64,000 nt of DNA. Origin: Octopus sinensis. Its lineage: Eukaryota. The notes under the pieces are model-generated. The model was not told where the DNA came from. It ran no database searches and saw nothing but the letters and a program-made list of their open reading frames with translations. Below, in pieces: positions 53,666 to 64,000 of the stretch. The number at the start of each line of letters is the position of its first letter. The stretch's first letter is position 1. A program made the position numbers and the translations under genes. The stretch lies in NCBI RefSeq assembly GCF_006345805.1, contig NC_042998.1, forward strand, positions 175,956,001 through 176,020,000, in the 5' to 3' direction.

Positions 53666-55754
53666 TTCTCATTTAAGTTGAAGGCCAGATATTTGAAAGT
53701 GAGGTTACCAACCAATAAATTAACAACCCGCAAACACACAGCACTACTAAATAAGATAACCACTTAAAAATGACAGACATACACAAAAAGCAAGCCAACA
53801 GTTCAAACAACTCGCATTCTAAACAGTTGCAACGAGTTGATACCACAGAAGCTACACACTACATACCATACACAATTACCGTTTAACGCTGAAACATGTA
53901 ACACCGATCACATAGCACGTGCGAAACATTCACCTCGTAGCAATAACACAGCACATCGGCACATACTTTACGCAGCAGAGTAAACAATAAATTGCACCAA
54001 AAACAAGTGGAATTCTCAAAGTGGAAACTGATGTTATAGACATGGGTCTACACCCCAAACATAAAATACTGCACATACCTCGGGAACACAGAGACGCTGT
54101 GGAAACTCGCCTGGAACTGTCAATAAAAATATTTAAAAAGTATAAAAATATTAACATCTCTAATAGGCAAAAATCAAGAAATTTTGAGAAGAGAATAGTT
54201 GATTCATCTCTCCCAGTATTTGAAAGCAGCTTAGTTTATCGTCCGACCCATCGAGAAATGGAAGTAGAAGATGATGTTGGCGGATAAGCTTCTACTTGAT
54301 ACACATGGCTATAGATTTTACGGAGTAGAGAAAAATTGCTTTGATGGACCCTAGTAGCTGACTGGTACTAATTCAAACTCGTGACAAAAGCAAAACAAAT
54401 ATGACCGAAGTCATTTTGAATGTGGAACGTAAAAGAACGCGACAAAATACTATTTTGTATAACAATATACCGTCTCTACTATCTTCCAATTTAAGAGCCT
54501 TAATATTGGCACAAAAATACAAAATTTTAGGAAAGGTGTAACAAACCTCTAGATCTTAATTGGTACTTATTTTATCGATCTAACAAGGGTGAAGAGTAAA
54601 GCAGACCTCGGCAGGATTTGATCTCAAAACAAAAAGGCTGTCAATAAATACCGCAAAGAATTTATCGAAATGTCCCGCCGATCCTGTCACACTTCCACTT
54701 TGTTACAATGTCAATAACGATTCTAACTAAAGTACATGCATGGGGTTAGAAATCAATGAGATCAATCCCAGCCCCTGTCTCGTACTTGCTCTGTTGACAT
54801 CAAAACGATAAGAGGCAAAGAGGACCTTACAGAATGTGAACTAAGAATGCAACAAAATACTGCTAGTCATTATTCCCACTGCTCCATCGATTTTACCCTC
54901 CGCTGATTTTTACAACAATAATAGAACTAATTTATTTTTTGAGCAATTTCTATAAAAATGGTAGGCGTCTGGCGATTGATATAACGATTTTAGTTTTGGA
55001 AATGTCAATGTGATGCTAGCGTAATAATTCCTATTAAAAAAGAAACTGTCCTCCTGTTGTCATAATGATTATTTGAAAAACATAGTTTTGATTTCAGAGC
55101 ATTTATGACAGGTGTCAGATCGGGAAGTGTTCCTATTAATACCGTTCGCCCTCAGCAATCTTTTTTTCTGTATTTTAATCTTGATGCAAATACACGTCAT
55201 ATTTATGAGAGAGGAAAAAATGTTTTGAATAATCTAAATATAATATTTTTACTGAATGCAATCTGTTCTATATCTGATAATGTTATTTATCGTATTTAAC
55301 TCGACCCGGTAAAAAATACACATCCATATGAGAAGTATATTAACAGTGTTTGTTGTCAATGTTATGAACTAAAAGGTCAAATTGATTACTGCGGCTATGT
55401 TTTGGAAACATGTTTTACTCTTGTTTATGGATGTCAGTTAGAGTTTTAAATTATTTCTTTTGTTTCCTGGAAACTGTGTAAAATATTTTCAGTGACGTAA
55501 GGTAGCATTATGGCCCGGACTGTACTTAAGATTATGAGCTTTGTTGGTACTAATATAATGCAGTGAGCAAAAATATTTAAATCAAAATAACACCTGACGT
55601 TAGGAGAAAGATATCTTTAACTTAATGGTCAATTTTGGTTAAGAAAAGTAAGGGAGATAACCTTTAAATTTTAATCAATCAAAATGATTAATTGGGATGT
55701 GGGCAATACAGAAGAAGGTGAGAATGATCTTGGGTGAACAGTGACAACTTTAGA

Positions 55755-55992
55755 TAGGCTTCGTGATATAAATAGCTCTGGATTGAGAAAATGTGCTTCT
55801 GCTAGAAATAGCAGCTAAATCTCCCTCAAACCATACTATGCTGTCTTAAAATCGGAAGAACACACTAGATTATATTATCTAGTGTATTCTTCTGATTTTA
55901 AGTCAGCATAGTATGGTTTGGGGGAGATTTATCTGCTATTTCTAGCAGAAGCACATTTTCTCAATCCAGTGCTATTTATATCACGAAGCCTA
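55755..55992. repeat. 238-bp near-perfect palindrome (116-bp arms, 6-nt spacer)
   Basis: taggcttcgtg...acactagat-TATATT-atctagtgt...cacgaagccta, with about 6 mismatches by eye. The arms include the dispersed ctgctagaaatagcagc-aaatctccctcaaa repeat. Confidence 0.92.
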
Positions 55993-56064
55993 TGGACACA
56001 GTCGGAACATTTTAAATCAACAAAGCTGGGACAATAACAATGAACTCAATATATGCTCATTTGA

Positions 56065-56240
56065 TCTGCTAGAAAGAGTTGCCAGATCCCTCTAAAATTA
56101 AACCATTCTGTTTAATAGAGGAATAATACATTGGATAATGTAATTCTGTATACACAAAAAGACGGCACAGTTGCAACTGGAAAGCCTTTGATCATAGGTC
56201 TGCTTAACCAGGGCTGTCCTTGGACTAAACAGCAATTAGT
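56065..56240 (+). repeat. Dispersed repeat family (ctgctagaaa...ggatggtcatgg...tttgatcatagg)
   Basis: Related degenerate copies lie at ~7660-7830, 38880-39000(-) and 56960-57145. Confidence 0.55.
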
Positions 56241-58244
56241 TCTGCATCTTGGCTCTACAACATGACTCGTGCACTTAAATGTTTTATGTAAGCTGCGTGA
56301 ATGTATTCCTGGAGATTCAAACATTTAAAATTATACGAGAAGAAATTTCTAGCCCAGCAATAAGATAAAATAGAATAAAATTTTGAGGTGAATCGAAATG
56401 TTATTTTGTTGCGAAATTCACGATATCAAATATATTTGATTATTTTCCAAACTAACTGATCAATTGAATACAAAATATTATATTTTGAAGAGAGCAAATC
56501 TCAAAATCTCATCGTTGATTGTGTTTAGAATATATTTGCCATTCAAAATTATTCAGTTGGACTAAGGGAACATGAATTATTATAAAAACACCAAAGTTGA
56601 ATGAGACCTAATTAGGTTGAAATATCGACCATTCAGTTGTCAAACTCATATGTTTTCTGCTGGGCTGACGATGCCAAGTGCAAGGCTAGAAATATGTTTT
56701 GGTGTAGAATTAGCTCGTTCCTATGTTCTGTACTGTGCTATAGAACTTCTTTCTAATATTATTGGTACAGTACCGATCTTCTTTCTCGTTCTTGAGTTCT
56801 TAGTAGTTTTCTCATAATTCTTATTCCCTGATCCAAATCCAGTGCTTCAGGTATATTATAATTAACAGATGTTACATTAACTGAATCTATATCTACGTAC
56901 GCTTAAGCGAGTTACTCAAGTCAATGAAGGAACCATTTGTAGCAATGAATCTATAGGATTGCTCCACCAGCTAGAAAAGCAACCAAATCTCCCTTACATC
57001 ATACCCAATCACTTTCTTAGACAGGTAAGAACACATTAGATAACGCACTCCTAGATAGAGTATAACTGAAGAAAATATGGGATGGTCATGGTTGGAGTTA
57101 CTTTGATGAAAGACTGATGTGAAGCTAAGCAGCAGTAGCATCAACAATAACCTGTTTACTGGATTGACTAAAATTAGCAAGAAAATGGGGTCAGACCGGT
57201 GATTGAGTTTAATCCATCGAACTTCCAGCTCCGACTCTCACAGTTGCTTTTATATTTTACAAAATCTGGCGAACTGACCGAATTTCGATCAGTTACTGTT
57301 CATATATTTAGTTCAGTTCATATATTATTTTACACAAATTTTATATTCGAACGAATTTAGTTTTGATCGTCTGTTTGATCGTCTGTTTGATCTGCGGATC
57401 ACTCTTTTGATATCGCATTCTTAAATCGGAGAGTTTTACCTTGAGATGAAACCATAATCTATTATTAGAAGCTTATGAAGCCAACATTTGGCTGTAGCCT
57501 TAAGTGAAGAGAGATGTATTGCTCCTAGATAGAATGCAAATCTTCGCACAGTATCTTATAATTTTCCACATCGAAGCAAACTAATAAATTAATCGTCAGT
57601 CTTGAATATAAGGAAATTTAATAAAAATAAATATCTTGACATTAAAATGTATTATTGATGGATGATTTTAAAAAAATACATTGAGCTGAGTTCAAGTACT
57701 TCATTGGGTGTGTGTTGGAAAGACTGGGATTTCATGAAGCTAATTTGCTCTGGAATTACTGTAAGAAGTCCGCGTGTGCTGCATCTATGACCTGATGGTA
57801 GCTACAAAGAACTCTGGGAAATTTTAAAACTTAAATGTTTAAATTAGTTGTTGAGGTTATGTGTTCACGTTTTAGAAAAATAAACCAGAGGGATTAAGCA
57901 AAGAGAAAATTTGCATACACATTAGATGGGTGGCCGAACGGTAGGCCTACATAAACGCTTTTCAAATGTATTATTGGCTATAGTAACTTGAAATTACTTC
58001 AAACAGGAGTAGCGTTGACAAGAATTTAGTGAAAATCCAGACTACAAAAAATCCTATATTTGATTGCATCGGTAATTAAAAATAATTGTAAAGTTTTGTA
58101 AAATAATTGTAACTGTATTTTTCATGGGAGATAGATACTTTATCAAGATGTAAATGAAAGAAACCTTCGCCTGTTGTTTTCTGGCGAAGTAAGTGGTTAG
58201 GCGTACGAAGAATTAGTTTTAGTCATTCTGAGTCACGAATTCGG

Positions 58245-58448
58245 TTAATATTGGTTTCAAATTTTGGCACAAAGGCAGCAATTTCGGCAAGTGGGTAAGT
58301 CGATTATATCGACCCCAGTGCTCAACTGGTACAAGATTCGAAAGGCAAAATCGATGTCTGCAGAATTTGAACTCAGAACGTAAAGACGGACCCAATGTCA
58401 CTAAGCATCTTGCTGGCCGTGCCAACGGTTCTGTCAGCTCGCCGCCTT
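58245..58448 (-). mobile_element. SINE family A copy
   Basis: Ends ...gttctgtcagctcgccgcc, the reverse complement of the family A head. Confidence 0.8.
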
Positions 58449-58473
58449 CGTACTAAATTAATAATCATTGCTC

Positions 58474-58787
58474 TTTTTTTTTTATTTATGCGCCCTTTTC
58501 AAGCCTAGCCAGGCTCATAGGCCTGGTTTCCCGATTTCTGTGGCGTATGTGTCTCCCCCTAGCTGGACGGGACACCAGTCCATCGCAGCGTTACTCAAGA
58601 AATAGGAAGAAAGAGTGAGAGAAAGTTGGGGCGAAAGAGTACAACAGGGGTCGCCCCCCGCCCCTGCTGGAGCATCGTGGTGCTTTAGGTGTTTTCGCTC
58701 AATAAACACACACAACGCCCGGTCTGGGAATAGAAACCACGATCCTCCGACCGCGAGTCTGCTGCCCTAACCCCTGGGCCATTGCTC
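58474..58787 (-). mobile_element. SINE with family B head and different tail Y
   Basis: Head and body match 38329-38520. The tail is gcgatggactggtgtcccgtccagct...aaaagggcgcataaataaaa. Confidence 0.85.
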
Positions 58788-59141
58788 TTTACTTGAAACA
58801 AACATATGTTGTTATGGGAACCCTGTCGGAATCTCATTTCGACGGGCTTTTACCATTCGTTCTACAGTTTGATACATACTTTATAAATACTGGTTTCTTG
58901 CATCAACCCAATACCGCTCTGGAAGGATAAAGTGCAAAGTCGAGACTAGCAGAACTGATCTGAGAATCTGAAGGAAATTAGATGTGGACCACAATACAAT
59001 TTGTCTGGCGCTCTACTGCTACCTCATCGCCCAGCGCCACTGTTATTCAGGTGATTGTTTCTAATATAGACATAAGACCAGCAATTAGTCGATTAATTTT
59101 ATTGCTAGTACTGAACTAGTACTTCATTTTATTGACCCTCC

Positions 59142-59443
59142 TGGCACTCCGTCAATGACGGGGATTCCAGTTGACCCAATCAACGAAACAGCTTGCTCGT
59201 GAAATTAACGTGTAAGTGGCTGAGCACTCCTCAGACACGCGTACCCTTAACGTAATTCACAAGGAGATTCAAAGTGACAAGGCTGACCTTTTTGAAATAC
59301 AGATACAATTCATTTTTGCCAGCCGAATGTACTGGAGCAACGTGAAATAAAGTGTCTTGTCGAAGGACAGAATGCGTCGCCGGGAATCGAACTTATGACA
59401 TTACGATCGTGAGCCGAATGTCCTAACCACTAAGCCACGTGCC
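59142..59443 (-). mobile_element. SINE with a different tRNA head/CORE-like body and tail X, nested in an older family A copy
   Basis: Head is ggcacgtggcttagtggttagg...gttcgattcc. The tail gagtgctcagccacttacacgttaatttcacgagc...gacggagtgcc is shared with 38620-38710. Confidence 0.85.
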
Positions 59444-60296
59444 TTTGCTCCAGTGAGGATACAAGGTAAAGTTGATCTCTGCAGGATTTGAACGCAGAAA
59501 TCAAAGAGCGGGAATATATAACACGAAGCGTTTTCGCCAACGATTTTAACGATTATGCCAAGTCACTGCGCCGCGCTGTTACTCAGATGAAACACTAACT
59601 TAAACCATGTCCCACATTCGCACTTTTACTACTTTTCCATTTATTAATCTCGTACATCTGATTTATATTTTTCACAAACATCGCCACGACACTATTTATA
59701 AGTGTTTATTTAGAAATACATTCTTTACAGGTCCAAGCAATAGAATAGCCGAAGCATCTCCTAACGCAAAAATCGTTCTCAACGACCAACGATCTGTTAC
59801 ATTATAAATGTAATCTTCGCTCTCCTACCTGTAGTTCGCTTTCATTTATCGACAATCGATATTCAACTCCCTAAACAAAGATTATAGGGTTCCAACGTCA
59901 TATCTCCTAAATCTTTCCCTCTACTTAACATTTATTAGAATCAACTATTCAGTAACCTTGTAGTAAAGTATATAATTCACCGTTTCTATCACCAAACCGT
60001 TCTCGATAGCTTTCTACCGTGAATCTAAATGCTGTTATGTTGCAGTGAAATTCACCCATGCAAATGTATTTGATTAGTTTCCAAAATAGTTAACCAAGTA
60101 CTGACAAAAGAATTTGTAGAACCGCCCTTGACAATTTCTCGTGGCTGTATGTGCCTGGAATATATTTGCTTTTTCAATGTATAGAGGAAAATTTTCAACG
60201 GAAGATTTCACTGAAAAAGAAATAAATGAATATAATAATAAAAATAAAGCTATATTTGCAACAATATCATTGTAATTTCTCTTTCAGAAAACATTT

Positions 60297-60366
<70 letters not shown>

Positions 60367-60650
60367 CTTCCGTCATCCCTACCACTATCTCCACAACCGT
60401 CGTAATCATCGTAATTGTAGTAGTTGTTGTCGTCATCATCATCACCATCATCTTCTTCATCATTACTACAAGCATCTCCACCGCCATCACTGCCACTACC
60501 ACTACCTCCACAGCCGTCGCCAATCGTATTAGTCATCATCATAAATACTAGCATTCCCACCACCATCACTACCACCACTACCACCACTACCACTACTTCC
60601 ACTGCTGTAACCATTATCACAATCGTCGTCGTCGTCGTCGTCATCGTCAT
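60297..60650. repeat. Compound trinucleotide tract (TCA)n/(CAC)/(GTC)
   Basis: Direct read. Confidence 0.9.
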
Positions 60651-61082
60651 CGTTTTACAAATTCAGTTTGTATTTGATCACAGTTGCATGCTGATGCAGA
60701 ACTTTTGTAAAGAATTTACAACCTTTTACTTTTATGATCCTTGGTAAATATGATGTAACAGAAAAAGATCGAAGAGTAAAGGTAAGCCCCAAGGAACCTA
60801 AATTTTCGATCCGGTTTCGGTTTATGTTACTACATCTTTGAAGGTCGGCATCAAAGATCAGTTTGGTGATGTTCTATTTGAAATTCCTTAATTTGATGTC
60901 GAGATGCGAAGACAGGAATGAGAAAAATGTTTAGTGAAGGATTTGGTTGTGATAAGATAGAATAGGGATAAGGCCAGGAGGAGAGGTAAGAGTACTGGAG
61001 ATAGTACTGAGGTGGAAAATTTAGAGGAGGAGAAGTCTTTATAAGAGATATAGAAAAAACAAAAAACAAAAAACAAAAAAGA

Positions 61083-61235
61083 GCAGGCGTGGCTGTGTGG
61101 TCTTCCCAACCACATGGTGCCGGGTTCAGTCCTACTCTGTGGCACCTTGGGCAAGTGTGTTCTAGTTATAGCCTCGAGCTGACCAAAGCCTTGAGAGTGG
61201 ATTTGGTTGAAGAAAACTGATGAAAGAAGCCTGTC

Positions 61236-61240
<5 letters not shown>
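61083..61240 (+). mobile_element. SINE family C head half
   Basis: Reads gcaggcgtggctgtgtgg...gggttcagtcctactctgtggcaccttgggcaagtg. Confidence 0.8.
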
Positions 61241-61307
<67 letters not shown>

Positions 61308-61685
61308 AGAATAAATAAATATTAAAATTAAATACTTGCGCAGATATTATTATGATTATTATCAGGGGCAAATCTAAATAGTTGATATTAACAATATCAT
61401 TAGTAGCAGCAAGCGATATTAGCATTAAACAGTTACATAATAAATTATTAATTATATTAGAATGTACTACCAATCTTACTGAATTCGAAATCTTGATCCA
61501 CGTATATCTGTCACCATATTCTAGGGTTTTTTAACTGAGATATGTCAAATTCCACTCATTTGTCCAATTTCTGTTGGTCCGTTACATATTCTCAGTAAGA
61601 TTGGTGGTTATGTTGGTTCTTTTTTTACTTCACTCTCTAGCGAGCTGGTATTTCGTGTACCCTCTAATATAATTAAGAGTATATA

Positions 61686-62090
<405 letters not shown>

Positions 62091-62127
62091 CTGTTTCAAT
62101 ACATGAGTTCACATCAAGAATCTTGCA

Positions 62128-62166
<39 letters not shown>

Positions 62167-62204
62167 TATATATTATATATATATATATATAATATATATA
62201 TATA

Positions 62205-62609
62205 TAGAAATATTAAAATTACTAAGTCTCTCTAAAAGAGAACACGGCAGCGTTCCCGGAAAATAATAGTTATCGCCATACTAATATGGCATTCTTATAA
62301 AAATAAGAATAAAGCTGTCCGCTTATTAGCTCCACGAGGCCATCGCCTTAAGTTAGCTATTTGATACACAAACTGTATCCATATAACCTTCGAACAAGGG
62401 AGGTCAGTCGCTCCACACTACTTGACCGACAGCTACAGACGCGTTTCGGGGTATTGCCCCTTTTCAATGCAGCGTAGTCAGACCAGTAGGTGTCGCTTCT
62501 GACAATCTCTGTTCGAAGGTTTTATTTACCTAGTTTCGGTGGAATACATCCACTTGTTTTCAATAATAGAAATATTAAAATTACTAAGTCTCTCTAAAAG
62601 AGAACACGG

Positions 62610-62611
<2 letters not shown>
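62205..62611 (-). mobile_element. Retrozyme-like 362-bp unit with 45-bp terminal direct repeat and degenerate HHR
   Basis: 62205-62249 equals 62567-62611. Imperfect inverted arms (aaccttcgaaca 62385-62396 / tgttcgaaggtt 62510-62521) flank the HHR. A second copy lies at 21571-21812. Confidence 0.75.
62432..62473 (-). ncRNA. Degenerate minimal type I hammerhead ribozyme motif
   Basis: Minus strand: GCTGCA-TTGAAAA-GGGG caata CCCC-GAAA-CGCG-TC-TGTAGC. Stems I and II pair fully and stem III is palindromic. The core has two substitutions relative to CTGANGA. Confidence 0.65.
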
Positions 62612-62648
<37 letters not shown>

Positions 62649-64000
62649 ACATTCCCATAATTTAGGAGTTTGACAAAAAAGACCGATAGAATAAGCACCA
62701 GGCTTTAAAAAATATGAGTACTGGGGTCGATGCAGTCGACTTGTCCTTTCCCTTCTAAATTGCTGGCCTTGAATCTTGCAACAGATCGGTGTCTGATCCA
62801 GGGGGAATGTTGTGATCCCGGCCACTTATACGCTATGGAAACAGGATCACCTAGTTTATGTGTCCTAAGACTCAAAAGTATAAAAGAATAATTGTAGTTG
62901 GAACCACTGTAAATAATTATTCGTGATTTAACAAAACAAACATGCCAAGATACAAAAATGTTAGATAACAGCCAAGCTTATCCTTTATCAGGTTAAATAA
63001 GTTATCAACATCTTCGAGAATCAATAAGCAGTAATTGTAATATAAACCTTATTATCTCTAACATAGATGTTATATCAAGCATGTTGTATTTAATTACAGT
63101 GTTTTTATATACAGCATAAACACTATTATCTATAACATAAACTCAGCTATCTGTTATACAAGTACTGTTGTCTGTGTGAAAGTGTGAACTGCTGGGTCGA
63201 AGAGATCCTAGATAGTCAGCAGGAAGATAAGAAATTCATGTCCTGTTACATTGTACTGCAGTGTGTCTGTAAACACGACACTTAAAGCTTAAGTGGTTGT
63301 AAAAAGGTATTATAAAGATGGAATATCTCACTGCTGAAGGCAGCGAACTAGTGTAGAGATGACAAATAGTGCGTTATCCCTGTGAAGCTGAGTTCAACTT
63401 CTCAAGCGGATCTGAAGAAGCCATTCGTATATATAGGAGTAGACCAGAATCTCCCAACTGTCTCTGCCCATCCTATTATTTGATCTGAGCTGTGTGATCA
63501 ATGGTATGGGTATGCAATAGTCCATTCCATGAGAAAACTAGGGTTCAAGCATACGGTGAGAGCTGTACCATTCTTTCTGCAATGGCTGCCTCTCTTCTGT
63601 CTGTGTCTGTCTGTCTCTGTCTGTCTGTATATATATCTCTTCCTCTCTCTCCGTATGTCATACCTGTCTTGTAGACGGCGGCGTTCACGAGCCTCCATGC
63701 CAAAGTATGAAGATTTATAATTTCTTTTGATAAAGATGCAATAGTAGATTCTTGTTACCGCCGATTTATCTTTATTTCATTCTCCTAGAGAACTGTTCTT
63801 CTGAATTTATCCCCAAGAGACAAAAACCTATTTAACACATAGATAGAGGCACTAGTTCACGTGACGTCAGAGAATGTGTACAAAGCGGTGGGCATTTGTG
63901 ACGCAAATCTAGTGCCGGTCCTACACTGAATCTTGTATACTTTAACTACAACACCAGCTTCTGATATTCACCTATAACTGAATCCCTCATGAGTTAGTAC

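Noticed and set aside
54021-54287. 88-aa non-repetitive ORF
   Set aside because: It is short, has a GTG start, and shows no recognisable motif or supporting splice signals.
56617-56860. Possible exon or R4 C-terminal remnant
   Set aside because: There is only a faint resemblance (IGTVPII) on the minus strand with several stops, which is insufficient to call.

Overview
AT-rich animal genomic DNA that is almost entirely repeats. The SINE families and the (TA)n/(CA)n/(TACA)n/(TAA)n load suggest a coleoid cephalopod such as Octopus; this is my recognition, not a database result. I see no intact host gene. Non-LTR retrotransposon remnants include CR1/L2-group, Jockey/CR1-like RT, RTE, L1/Tx1 and at least five R4/Dong-type RLE LINE pieces, two of them young and inserted in (TAA)n tracts. 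There are three Penelope-like element (PLE) remnants (one Naiad-like RT, two GIY-YIG), several modular tRNA-derived SINE families, a non-autonomous Helitron and a TIR element carrying telomere-like repeats. The most striking signal is a set of sequence-unrelated short elements that each carry a minimal type I hammerhead ribozyme (HHR) motif, mostly enclosed by inverted arms and sitting next to microsatellites (about 1.3, 1.9/4.6, 10.2, 61.9 and 62.4 kb). One has a 15-bp target-site duplication and one is a 362-bp permuted unit, consistent with PLE-mobilised retrozyme-like elements. Other notable items are a SINE flanked by a perfect 161-bp direct repeat, a 238-bp near-perfect palindrome, and a minus-strand exon/intron-like structure at 40.4-42.7 kb with stop-interrupted reading frames. 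Most ORFs in the supplied track are microsatellite translation artefacts.
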